Positions 1-8,800 of a DNA stretch of 64,000 nt are shown here, in pieces. Position 1 is the first letter of the stretch. Each line of letters starts with the position of its first letter. The notes beneath the pieces were generated by a model. The model was not told the DNA's origin, did no database searches, and saw only the letters and a program-made list of their open reading frames with translations. The DNA is from a virus (lineage: Duplodnaviria > Caudoviricetes), in the IMG/VR virus record IMGVR_UViG_3300020577_002484, positions 12,858 through 76,857 of that record; one strand, 5' to 3'. The position numbers and the translations under genes are program-made.

Positions 1-20
1 AATCCGCCCCTTTCTTCATC

Positions 21-1124
21 TTACTGGCCGGTTTCGGCGGGGCTTTGGGCTTGGTCTTGGGCGGGGCTTTGGACTTGCTCTTGCTCATTGGAATCTTCTT
101 TCGTAACAACACCTTCTGGGATGTAAATCTTGCACGGCTCAGAGGTAGTCTTACCATCCAACCGTTCAAGTGTACGCTCAGCCGTCCTATCGAGAGTTTC
201 CATCCGTTGCTTGTTTTCCTCAAAACCCATGTCATCGAAGACTAGGCCAGTCTCAATGGCGTTGTGAACCTTGTGGAACCGATCGAATGTAAACTCTTGG
301 AACTCTTTAGACACCTTGGTACGGTGTTCTGCAATACGAAGTTGAGGATATATACCACCCATGTTCTTACCAACGATCTGGTCGATACAGGTGACAAACT
401 CATCCCCAATCTCAGCACCACAGAGCCAACCATAAGTGGCAACCTGCTCAGCCCAACCCTCATTGACGCATTCGAGAGTTGTGGCTGTGTTGATGATCAT
501 CCCTTGGTACTCACCCAAAACACAGTTCTTGTGAGCTTTACCGGGATCATTCTCTCCACTACCGTTTCTCAACCGGACATAGCCGGGGCTTGGGGAAGTG
601 TTACCATTCCCACAGTACCCATTGACCTTCCAATCGAGAATGACAATCTTGCCGTGTTTGTTCATGAAGAACACGTCAGGCTTCCCAAGGATGGAAATAC
701 CCTTAGTAGCACGAACACGCTCCGCACCCACACGACTCTGAATCTCAATCTCAAACCTCGGGTTACCAACTGCTTGATTAAGCTCAAGCATCAAGTCTGC
801 AAGTGCACCAGACCGCTTATAGCACTCGTAGACATACTTCCCTGCGTCCTTTGCCCAAACCCGATTGTGTTTTTCCACCTGAGACTCGAACAAGGTGGTG
901 AACTCGAAGCGAGGATCAGCACCCTTACCGAACAGGGTCTCATGTAGGTAAGCCTTGACGTAAGCGTCAAAGGCTGAACCAACAGACATTGGACGAGTCT
1001 GTGGGTCACGAGGGACTTTGAAAGGGGACAAATACTGAATGTACCACGCTTCACGATCTTCAAAGAACAACTTGACGTTCGACGGCGAAAGGTAAGCTGG
1101 CTTACGCATTAAGAGCTTTACCAA
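21..1124 (-). CDS. PD-(D/E)XK RecB/Cas4-like exonuclease
   Basis: N-terminal LSPS and GSAFD motifs, catalytic GKPD...ILDWK, and QVATY (QxxxY of the RecB family). Confidence 0.75.
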   Translation of the reverse strand: MVKLLMRKPAYLSPSNVKLFFEDREAWYIQYLSPFKVPRDPQTRPMSVGSAFDAYVKAYLHETLFGKGADPRFEFTTLFESQVEKHNRVWAKDAGKYVYECYKRSGALADLMLELNQAVGNPRFEIEIQSRVGAERVRATKGISILGKPDVFFMNKHGKIVILDWKVNGYCGNGNTSPSPGYVRLRNGSGENDPGKAHKNCVLGEYQGMIINTATTLECVNEGWAEQVATYGWLCGAEIGDEFVTCIDQIVGKNMGGIYPQLRIAEHRTKVSKEFQEFTFDRFHKVHNAIETGLVFDDMGFEENKQRMETLDRTAERTLERLDGKTTSEPCKIYIPEGVVTKEDSNEQEQVQSPAQDQAQSPAETGQ

Positions 1125-1425
1125 CCATCTTGAGAACGTAGAGGGAGGAGTAGATCATGAATGGTAGCAGCACCAAGGTCCGAAGGAAGTAGAGTGCATC
1201 AACCGGCACTCCAATGTTGACGTACAGGCCAATGATGCAGATGAGGGAGGACATCATGATCGAGTAGCTGACCAGCGGAGTAAGCTTCTGCCGGTCAACC
1301 CTTCTCCTCTCTTCATTTGCCTTACTGAAGGCACTTACAAGTGCATCAGTGATGGAACCTTTGTCATTGAAGCTCACAGGATCATCCATAATTTGTCTTT
1401 CATTTGTTTGTGGTAATGTTACCAA
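1102..1425 (-). CDS. Hypothetical membrane protein with two predicted TM segments
   Basis: ORF of 107 aa with two hydrophobic C-terminal stretches. Confidence 0.6.
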   Translation of the reverse strand: MVTLPQTNERQIMDDPVSFNDKGSITDALVSAFSKANEERRRVDRQKLTPLVSYSIMMSSLICIIGLYVNIGVPVDALYFLRTLVLLPFMIYSSLYVLKMVGKALNA

Positions 1426-1431
1426 GTACAG

Positions 1432-1505
1432 TAGCAGAGACAGGGATCGAACCTGCGACCGACGGATTAGAAGTCCGTTGCTCTATCCAACTGAGCTACT
1501 CTGCC
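1432..1505 (-). tRNA. tRNA-Arg(UCU), CCA not encoded
   Basis: Reverse complement GGCAGAGTAGCTCAGTTGGATAGAGCAACGGACTTCTAATCCGTCGGTCGCAGGTTCGATCCCTGTCTCTGCTA folds as a cloverleaf with anticodon TCT. Confidence 0.95.
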
Positions 1506-1509
1506 AAAC

Positions 1510-1701
1510 TCATCTCTTTTTGTTGTTACCAGACCTAGGATTCCAACCCTCACTTTGACCTAACTTATTAAGTTCATTTCTGGCTTTATTAACGTCTCTT
1601 TTATCCTTTTCTTCTTTTAGGCGACGTTTTAGAGTGTGTACTGAAATACCTAAGTCCCTAGCTTGCTCCTCTAGCGTTTTCTTTTGCATTGGAACCTTCA
1701 A
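1510..1701 (-). CDS. Small basic protein, possible HTH
   Basis: ARDLGISVHTLKRRL resembles a helix-turn-helix; overlaps the upstream stop codon. Confidence 0.5.
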   Translation of the reverse strand: MKVPMQKKTLEEQARDLGISVHTLKRRLKEEKDKRDVNKARNELNKLGQSEGWNPRSGNNKKR

Positions 1702-2006
1702 ACGGTATGCGTACCAAGCACACCACGACTATCCCGTTCGTTGGCTCGTTGTGCCAACGCCATCAGGGCGAGATTGAGATGGCTGATAGCTAGTTTGTTG
1801 GCTTCGTTGGCGAACTGAGTAGTCTGGAAGTGTTCCAGCCGCCCTTTGGCTGCTTCAATGATGTCAGAGACAAAGGCTCCATTTTGAGGAAGTTTGTTAG
1901 GCTCCCGGCCCAAAGGACCATTTTGCCAACCAATGGCGAATCCTGGGCCAAAGGTAGTGCCACCACTAGGTTTCCCATCAATCAGATTGTGATACTGTTC
2001 GATCAT
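1698..2006 (-). CDS. tad1: Tad1-like anti-defence nucleotide sponge
   Basis: WQNGP...SDIIEAAKGRLEHFQ..QF..EAN..A..HL..AL.....R..ER..RGVLGT matches the recalled Tad1 pattern FQKG...DLLEIVRDRL..FQ.GPF...EN..ALTH.EEAL.W...R...R..R.VLGT; start moved to the ATG at 2006 (AAAGG RBS, ATGA overlap). Confidence 0.75.
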   Translation of the reverse strand: MIEQYHNLIDGKPSGGTTFGPGFAIGWQNGPLGREPNKLPQNGAFVSDIIEAAKGRLEHFQTTQFANEANKLAISHLNLALMALAQRANERDSRGVLGTHTV

Positions 2007-2617
2007 GCTTCGCCTTTCTTTGGTTTGAACTCCCCACACCATCCGTTTTTATATGTGTGGGGGAACTCAGCGTTCAGTGGGCTGATGTAACCTTTGAATA
2101 CAACTTGAGGAGGGTATCTCCTACAGTCTCCAGCCCTGCCACCATCCCTCATCGTATTAAGGAAGAAGATACAGTCTTTACATTGACCACTCATGGTTTG
2201 TGTCCTAGCAGTTGCTAGGATCTGATCCTGATGGTCCTTCCACTCTAGGCCCACACTCTCGTGGGCACTGTCCTCTTTGGTATGGTCATAGTGTTTGCAC
2301 TCATAGGGCTTGACAGTATGGATGGTACAGAGACCATCTTTGAGGAAGGTGCAGACACCGGTTGGGTCTTCAGGGTACATACCACCCTTAACTGATTTGT
2401 CTGAAGCTGGGGCAAGGACATAAATGTTGGGAATGTCTACCCAATAGTCCACCGAGAGATGTTTCTGGAAGAACTCCTCCAAGGTCATGTTGAGATAGGC
2501 TGCGGCTTTCTCGGCCTCTCCGGGTGCGAACCAACCCGGTCTATGGGAACAGGCTGATTTACAATCATCACATTGACACTCAATAGTATCGTCGAGAACA
2601 GGAAGGGTCATGGTCAT
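2003..2617 (-). CDS. YkgJ-family Cys-cluster (Zn/Fe-chelating) protein fused to a second small Cys-rich domain
   Basis: CQCDDCKSAC...CTFL..GLCTIH..KP..CK, followed by MSGQCKDC...CRRYPP...WCGEF. Confidence 0.7.
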   Translation of the reverse strand: MTMTLPVLDDTIECQCDDCKSACSHRPGWFAPGEAEKAAAYLNMTLEEFFQKHLSVDYWVDIPNIYVLAPASDKSVKGGMYPEDPTGVCTFLKDGLCTIHTVKPYECKHYDHTKEDSAHESVGLEWKDHQDQILATARTQTMSGQCKDCIFFLNTMRDGGRAGDCRRYPPQVVFKGYISPLNAEFPHTYKNGWCGEFKPKKGEA

Positions 2618-2856
2618 ACCTCCAAATTTTTGTGTATATCCTGAAGGGACTTAATGAGTAACTTGAGTTGGTCCTTGGTAATGTAGGCTGAGTGCTTGCC
2701 ATCGGTCACTAAGCAAGCACCTAGGTAAGGTTTGAAGTCGAGCAAACTTACTCGATCCACCGTTTTCTCTTCTGAGTCTCGGAGGAGGATGTTAATCCTA
2801 ACATGCTCCTGATCATCCTCAAGTCCAACTTCAATGCCAAGTGGTTTTATACTCAT
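2614..2856 (-). CDS. Hypothetical protein
   Basis: ORF of 80 aa with GAGGAGG RBS and overlap with the next gene. Confidence 0.65.
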   Translation of the reverse strand: MSIKPLGIEVGLEDDQEHVRINILLRDSEEKTVDRVSLLDFKPYLGACLVTDGKHSAYITKDQLKLLIKSLQDIHKNLEV

Positions 2857-2893
2857 TCTGCATCCTCCTCTAAATGTGGTAGTGTCACCATAG

Positions 2894-2967
2894 TGGGAAG
2901 GGTGGGACTCGAACCCACAACCAACAAATTATGAGTTTGCTGCTCTGACCGATTGAGCTACCTTCCC
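2894..2967 (-). tRNA. tRNA with CAU anticodon, non-initiator (Ile2/lysidine type or elongator Met), CCA not encoded
   Basis: GGGAAGG/CCTTCCC acceptor stem, GCAAA-CTCATAA-TTTGT anticodon arm, GTGGG-TTCGAGT-CCCAC T arm; no C1:A72 mismatch and no 3GC initiator stem. Confidence 0.92.
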
Positions 2968-3040
2968 AAACCCACAACGACGCTTAAGCTATGATCGTTG
3001 TGGGGCCATCTTGACAGAGAATTCTCTGACAAGACGGTAG

Positions 3041-3132
3041 TGGAGAGGGTGGGAATCGAACCCACAACCCACACAATTAGGTTAATCGGAAGGGAACCTA
3101 ATCGTGTGTTCTACCGTTTGATTTACCTCTCC
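3041..3132 (-). ncRNA. tRNA-like RNA with a 14-bp extended anticodon arm and no canonical anticodon loop
   Basis: Perfect GGAGAGG/CCTCTCC-A acceptor stem and GTGGG-TTCGATT-CCCAC T arm, weak D arm, CACACGATTAGGTT/AACCTAATTGTGTG stem closing an 11-nt loop. Confidence 0.75.
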
Positions 3133-3278
3133 AGAGTGTAGCGTGGTACGCAACCTAAGCTGCAATAGCTTTTGATAGATACATCACGCTACATCTGACC
3201 ATCACCAAACTAACTTTTCCCTGTGAGTGTCCTCAAGACCTCACACGTAATAGGTGGGAGGTGATGATCCTCGCGAGT

Positions 3279-3929
3279 TTACTCTTTCCGAAACTCATTG
3301 AACCTCATCTCGATAGCATAAAGTGTATTACACACAAGAGACGTTGAAACACCCATTTGGTAGGCTACCTCTTTTTGAGTGTAGCCTTGCTTAAGTAGCT
3401 TGATGATCTGTAACTCACGATAGTTTTTGATTGAGCGATCCAAATCCTCAAGCAATTCTTCCGTATTACCATTAGATAACCCGATGTCAACCTCGTTAGG
3501 GTCAACGTAGGTTATCTTGACTGGACAATGATCCCCTCCCTTGCTGTTCAATAATAAGCTCCTGTTGCCAAGAATCTTATTATTCATGAACGCTACGAAG
3601 TCTTTGCACCTAGTGTGCATCTTCGCAACTGCAAAACCAGTGAAGTTATCATCGTACATTTCTTTTATCAGGTCGCAAGCCTGACAGACACCAGTTACTG
3701 CTTCTGACAGCAGATCATTACCAAACTTTGGGTAGAAGAAGGAATACTGTGAGGCCACAACGAAACAAAGTCTCAAGTGTCCTTGGACCAGATCGGACTT
3801 TGCGGTACTGTCGCCACTCTTCAATCGGAGCACCAAACTCTTAATCTGTTCTTCTGTTAGGTCTTTGATCTTGTCACTTAGAGGGCTTCTTATGCAACCC
3901 TTGCGTGACTTGCGTCTGAATAAGTACAT
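3279..3929 (-). CDS. Sigma70-family RNA polymerase sigma factor
   Basis: Region 1.2/2-like LTEEQ..L..RLKSGD..AK..LV.GHLRL..VVA.QY and region 4 HTH GYTQKEVAYQMGVS. Confidence 0.8.
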   Translation of the reverse strand: MYLFRRKSRKGCIRSPLSDKIKDLTEEQIKSLVLRLKSGDSTAKSDLVQGHLRLCFVVASQYSFFYPKFGNDLLSEAVTGVCQACDLIKEMYDDNFTGFAVAKMHTRCKDFVAFMNNKILGNRSLLLNSKGGDHCPVKITYVDPNEVDIGLSNGNTEELLEDLDRSIKNYRELQIIKLLKQGYTQKEVAYQMGVSTSLVCNTLYAIEMRFNEFRKE

Positions 3930-4357
3930 CAGGGCAGCTTGGCACTTCTCCTTGTGTTTTCTAATTTATCTCTGATCTTTGACCAGTGGTTTCCTGTCTC
4001 TGTGATGCCCATTTCGTAGGATCTTGTTACCATTCTTGAGGCAACCTCTATCAGGGCAGCACGGAAGTTTGTCCAACCGTACTTCTTCACCAACTGATAC
4101 ACCTCTTGAATGAGAGGTGTATCAAGGTTGGACGACATGGTATTCAGTTTGGATCTCTCAGACATAGCTGCCATAAACCTTTGGTATTCGGCAGCTACGT
4201 TTGGGTCTGATCGAATGTACTTGTTGAACACTGTTTGGTACTGTACCCCGATTGGAAGATCGAAGAAAGAATCATGTTCTTTGGTGTGGATAAGACTCCA
4301 CAGTTCGTGGTTTGAAGCCAAGAACTTTGTCATCGTTTCCGCGTGGTACAATACCAT
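3929..4357 (-). CDS. Hypothetical protein
   Basis: ORF of 142 aa with AGGA RBS and TGATG coupling to the sigma gene. Confidence 0.7.
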   Translation of the reverse strand: MVLYHAETMTKFLASNHELWSLIHTKEHDSFFDLPIGVQYQTVFNKYIRSDPNVAAEYQRFMAAMSERSKLNTMSSNLDTPLIQEVYQLVKKYGWTNFRAALIEVASRMVTRSYEMGITETGNHWSKIRDKLENTRRSAKLP

Positions 4358-4575
4358 GATTCATCCTAGAGGTACGATTACCAAATGTGGTACTGGCCGC
4401 CGTACCATTTCCAAGAATCCAGTACCATGCGGCCCGAACGAACCAAAATCCCTCCTCCATTATATCGACCTCTCGCACGGCATGCAAGCTAAGAAAACGG
4501 AAAAAATTCAGAAAGTTAAGAAAGTTTTGAAAGATACGCACAAGGTAAACAAAAATGGTACCGATACCAGTACCA
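4344..4575. promoter_or_regulatory. Cluster of TGGTA/TACCA palindromes (operator-like)
   Basis: TGGTAC-N8-GTACCA at 4388-4407 and 4556-4575; AGGTA-N4-TACCA at 4370-4383; TGGTA-N3-TACCA over the start codon at 4357. Confidence 0.55.
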
Positions 4576-4577
4576 CT

Positions 4578-5009
4578 TTACAAGAGCACCACTTGTACTA
4601 CTTTCAGATCATTGGGTGTTCTTTCTCGACGGGAAGGGTCGTATACCTTTTGTCCGTCCCAAGCCACAGCGTGAGTGGGTTCAATGATAACACACTTGCC
4701 GTGGGACATGTACTTTTTCACCCGATCATCATTGTTGTAAACGTCATGATGTGTACTTTTGTCTGGGGTCCAAAGACGCACTTTCGCAGGGACCATCATG
4801 GCTTTGATACCAAAGCTGAACCAGCAGAAGTCGAACATTTCAGAGGTGTGAAACCCTCTTCTATTCATTGGTTCGTGCAAGTCTGGAAACCAAATCTCTG
4901 AGCCATCATGCATCAGATAATCCGTGATCTTCTTCACATCAATGTCAAGAGCAATAGCGAAAGCTGTAGGCAAACAACTCCACATATTGGGTTGAGTCTG
5001 CATTTTCAT
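4578..5009 (-). CDS. Papain-fold (C39-like) cysteine peptidase
   Basis: Q..MWSCLPTAFAIAL (Gln oxyanion hole and Cys) and HAVAWDG..VYDP (His/Asp). Confidence 0.6.
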   Translation of the reverse strand: MKMQTQPNMWSCLPTAFAIALDIDVKKITDYLMHDGSEIWFPDLHEPMNRRGFHTSEMFDFCWFSFGIKAMMVPAKVRLWTPDKSTHHDVYNNDDRVKKYMSHGKCVIIEPTHAVAWDGQKVYDPSRRERTPNDLKVVQVVLL

Positions 5010-5011
5010 AT

Positions 5012-5224
5012 TTATAGTTCCAGTAGTTCGTGGAAAGGGTTTACCTGAAGCTCCCAACACTTGATAAAGAAGGAGATTGGTAAATCATCATCTCTATATG
5101 GACTGGCTTCAACGTATGAACAAACGAAGCAATAACCAGGTGAACACTTAACTGAGCCAACACCTACATCAACGTATTCTCCATCCTCAAAGGTATCGTT
5201 ACCACAGACGGGGCATGTTAGCAT
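5012..5224 (-). CDS. Small zinc-ribbon protein
   Basis: MLTCPVCG...CFVCSY; the upstream extension in the ORF track overlaps the NYN gene. Confidence 0.6.
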   Translation of the reverse strand: MLTCPVCGNDTFEDGEYVDVGVGSVKCSPGYCFVCSYVEASPYRDDDLPISFFIKCWELQVNPFHELLEL

Positions 5225-5273
5225 GGTAAAAGAAAAAAGGGTGAATGAGATTACTCCCATCCACCCTTTATAG

Positions 5274-5795
5274 TTACTCCTGTACAGTGGTGGCTTTGGC
5301 CTCTTCGAGACACTCAGGAGTGATCTCGATACAGGTGTCAGCCACAGCACGCAGTTCGCGAGGAATGCCACAAGACACGATAGTACACTTTTTACCGCGT
5401 GCTTTGACGTACTCAACGATCGGAGCAAGTTCAGGATCGGACGAGCAAATAGCAACAATGTCCAGCTTGTCAATCATATTGACAACATCCAGAGCAATGC
5501 TAACATTCCAATTCGTCTTAATAAGACGAACTACTCCATCCCCTCCTTGTCTTGATCTCGGTTGTTTGTACTTAGGCTCAAAGCCAATCTTCTTCAGACA
5601 AGTTATGAACTTGGTTGCTTCATCCTTGGCCTGAACACCATAAGCCACAGCACGGTAAATGGTATCACTACCTACAACTAACTCTCGCAACTGCCCATAG
5701 TCCAACTTCCTGTCAGGGAATTTCTTCCCCACACAGTAGAACAGACTACTAACATCAGCAAAGATACCGACAGTTTTCATACTCAGATTTGACAT
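5274..5795 (-). CDS. NYN/LabA-DUF88 (PIN-fold) domain protein
   Basis: IFADVSSL, SIALDV, CSSDPELAPIVEY.K.RGKK..IV, LRAVADTCI. Confidence 0.8.
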   Translation of the reverse strand: MSNLSMKTVGIFADVSSLFYCVGKKFPDRKLDYGQLRELVVGSDTIYRAVAYGVQAKDEATKFITCLKKIGFEPKYKQPRSRQGGDGVVRLIKTNWNVSIALDVVNMIDKLDIVAICSSDPELAPIVEYVKARGKKCTIVSCGIPRELRAVADTCIEITPECLEEAKATTVQE

Positions 5796-5820
5796 CTTTT
5801 CTGTCTTTCAACAATAAAGC

Positions 5821-8800
5821 CTACCCTACGTTAATCTGACACTGTGGTCCATCACAGTAGAGTTCAGCTTCCGGGTTTGAATTTGTTAGTTCACTCCAGT
5901 CGATAGGTTGTATCTGTTTGATACGGTGGTTATATTCTTCTTCTGTGATACCCTCTTCAGGCATTTGCTGGTAAACACCAGCAGCCGTATGAGGCAACAA
6001 AGAAACAGACTTGGTGAGAGGGGCAATTGAAGACAACACATTCTCAATGTCATCTTCCTCGTGTTTGATATTGTAGGTATACAACTTGACATCGACAGGG
6101 GTTCGAGTCTCGTTACGAGTTACCTTAATCTTGTGAAAAGAGTTCTCACTCTCATGCTCGATCTCATCGAAATCGAATCCATAGTCGTGAGCAATCTTTT
6201 TCGCAGATTGGAGGGTATCAGCAGTAAAAAGGTGTTTTACCAATACCCACTTAGGCTTGAAGTATAAAGTGTTTGATACGGCGTTATCCGCCCACTCTCT
6301 CTGAAGAACAATGATGTTATTTGATTGTTCCCAAACAGTAACTTCCTCCGCTGGCTTGGCTGGGCCTTGGATGATTGGGAACTCGAAAACATAAGTTCTC
6401 GTCGGATCAGTAACATCAGGTTCATGCGGAACTCCAGCCTTCACCAACAGTTTGAAGATAGGCTGGAACGTGGCGACTCTGACTCTGCGAACCGTCCACT
6501 TGAACGTAGGATAACCAGCACCTGAAGTCTTGCCAGCCAGTTTTGGTGTAGTACCACCTGGCTTGCAAGTTGTCTTACGAATAGCCTCAGGAACTCCGGC
6601 CTCTCCATTGGCCCAACGGTTCGTGTCACAAACAACCTCGTAACCTTTACGCAACAATGCAACAACCTTGTTCAACTCCGAGTTGTGTTTCCAACCTGTG
6701 AAGTCGACCAAGGACACGCCGATTCGGCGATTCTTGGCGACAACCTTGTTTGTAGACTTCCTGTGCGTCGGTAGCAGCGACACTGTTGAGCAGTAGAAGG
6801 TAGCATACTCACAAGCTTTGAGCCACTGTGCATCATTGTTGCAACGTGTGGGCAAAGTTTCAGCCAGATTACACACTTCACGATGCTCAAGTGGTATTTC
6901 ACCACAGTTAGAAACATTGCATCCTTGGGCCCAGAAAGTATGACTCGGACCATTGACAGTAATGTCCCAAGTCTCTTCCTCGCCAAGATACTCCTCAGAC
7001 AAAATCTCATAAGTCAATTTTGACTTGTTGTTTTTACCAGTACCATTTACAATTTTCTTGAGCTTTTCAGTTTTGTAGTTCTGAATGAACCCAATGTATT
7101 TGTAGAACACATCTCTGTCTGTAGAGATTTGAAGATTCCAAGAGTCTCGGCAAAGATAGGTACCATTACCAAACTCAATAATCTTACCTTCTTCCTTGGT
7201 ATAGTATGATCTGATCCCTAAGGCGGACAGCATCATCTGAGCAGCTTCAATCACTTTGAATGATGAAGCCTTCAGACATACTCTACCACGAATCACTGAA
7301 CCATTGGCAGAATACAAACCACGAAGGAACCCAGCCATCTTGGATGGGTTACAAAGGTAGAACCTTCCATCAATAGTCCGTTCATAGGTAAGCGGCAGCC
7401 TATGGATAGTAGTCTTAACCTTGTGACAGTAGTCCTTCGAGTAGGATTCACCAATCAGGTGTGCCACCTCACTTAAGAAGTAGTCATGGTCATTGGCACC
7501 AATGTTTAGGCAGACATGGTTATTCTCTTGAGATCCATCCCCAACCACAAGACCGTCCATAATATCTTGAGGGTCAAGCTGATCGGTAGCAATACCGGCT
7601 GGGCCTTCCAGAACATCAATTCCAAAGGCATCCTTAACTTCAACCTTCATACCTTCACAAACTACTCTATGGTTAGCTGTCCCATAGAATACATTTGCGT
7701 TGGTCCTATAGGCAAAGACAGGGTTGACACCTGTTGACCACTTTTTCTCAATAGTAACCCATCCATCTTCTGACCAAATCTTGGAGCCAACGTCAACCTG
7801 ATCAAAGGTAGTAATACCATTTGGAGTTAGTACCTTTGATGACGCTCTTAGGCAAGGGTTCATACCAGTGGCATAGTCCTTCCTTGCATATTCTGTCTTA
7901 CCAATGCGTCCCAAAGGGAGGTTCATCGAATTGATAAAGCCGGGTTCACCATTCTTAATCACTCTACGAGCGATCTCACCCAACTGTTGAAAATCCTCAG
8001 GTTCTTCAAGCTTGACAGAATTGTTACTCATGTAACCAACTTCTGCACGGTGTGGGAACGTCGTGTAATCCTTGAGATTCATAAAGGTCTCATCATAGAT
8101 GCTACCACTAAGGATCTCAGCACTACGTCTTACGTTCCCAGATACCACGCAACAGCCTGTGGCATTCATAATGTCAGACTTGAGCAAGATGGTATCATAG
8201 TATGGATCTTCCAGATACATACGCATGTACTTGTCAATCCTATTATGAAGTTCAATCAAGGGTCCGGGACCAGAAGCGACCCCGCCAAATCCTTTGATAG
8301 GTTCACCCTCAGGTCTGATCTCATCATAGATGAATCGTGGTCGTGAGCAACCCTTGGTAAGATAAGACTCAATAAGAGACTTAGTAGAGTCGCACCACCC
8401 TTCGCGAGAGTCTTCGACGACAAAGTCTCGTCCATTGCTCTTTGGTGAGAATACCTCAAGACCGGATCTGAGTGGTTGGGCACCAACTCCAACTCCATTC
8501 ATTAAGCAGTCCATGGCCCAATGGATGTCGTCACCAATCACATCAGTGAGATTGGTGAAAGCACAATTGTACAGAGCCATCGCACCACGTTGATAAACGA
8601 ACTCTGTTCCCATAGCCCACAGTCCACGTCCCGGCGGGAGCCAATACATATTGAACATGGAAATGGCAAAACCCAAAGCATAATGCTGCCACTGAAAGTC
8701 ATCCCAGAACAGATGATTCTTGATGTAATGGTCCTTACGGATGGACATTACACCTTCAGTAACACGAATTACACAATCAGCCCACGACTCCATCTTACCA

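Noticed and set aside
3041-3132. tmRNA or intron-containing tRNA interpretation
   Set aside because: No G3:U70 pair or tag reading frame; no bulge-helix-bulge or group I intron features; removing an insert does not give a convincing anticodon loop
4110-4901. 263-aa plus-strand ORF and the 4272-4541 minus-strand ORF
   Set aside because: They span a palindrome-rich regulatory gap and overlap better-supported genes; composition is not protein-like
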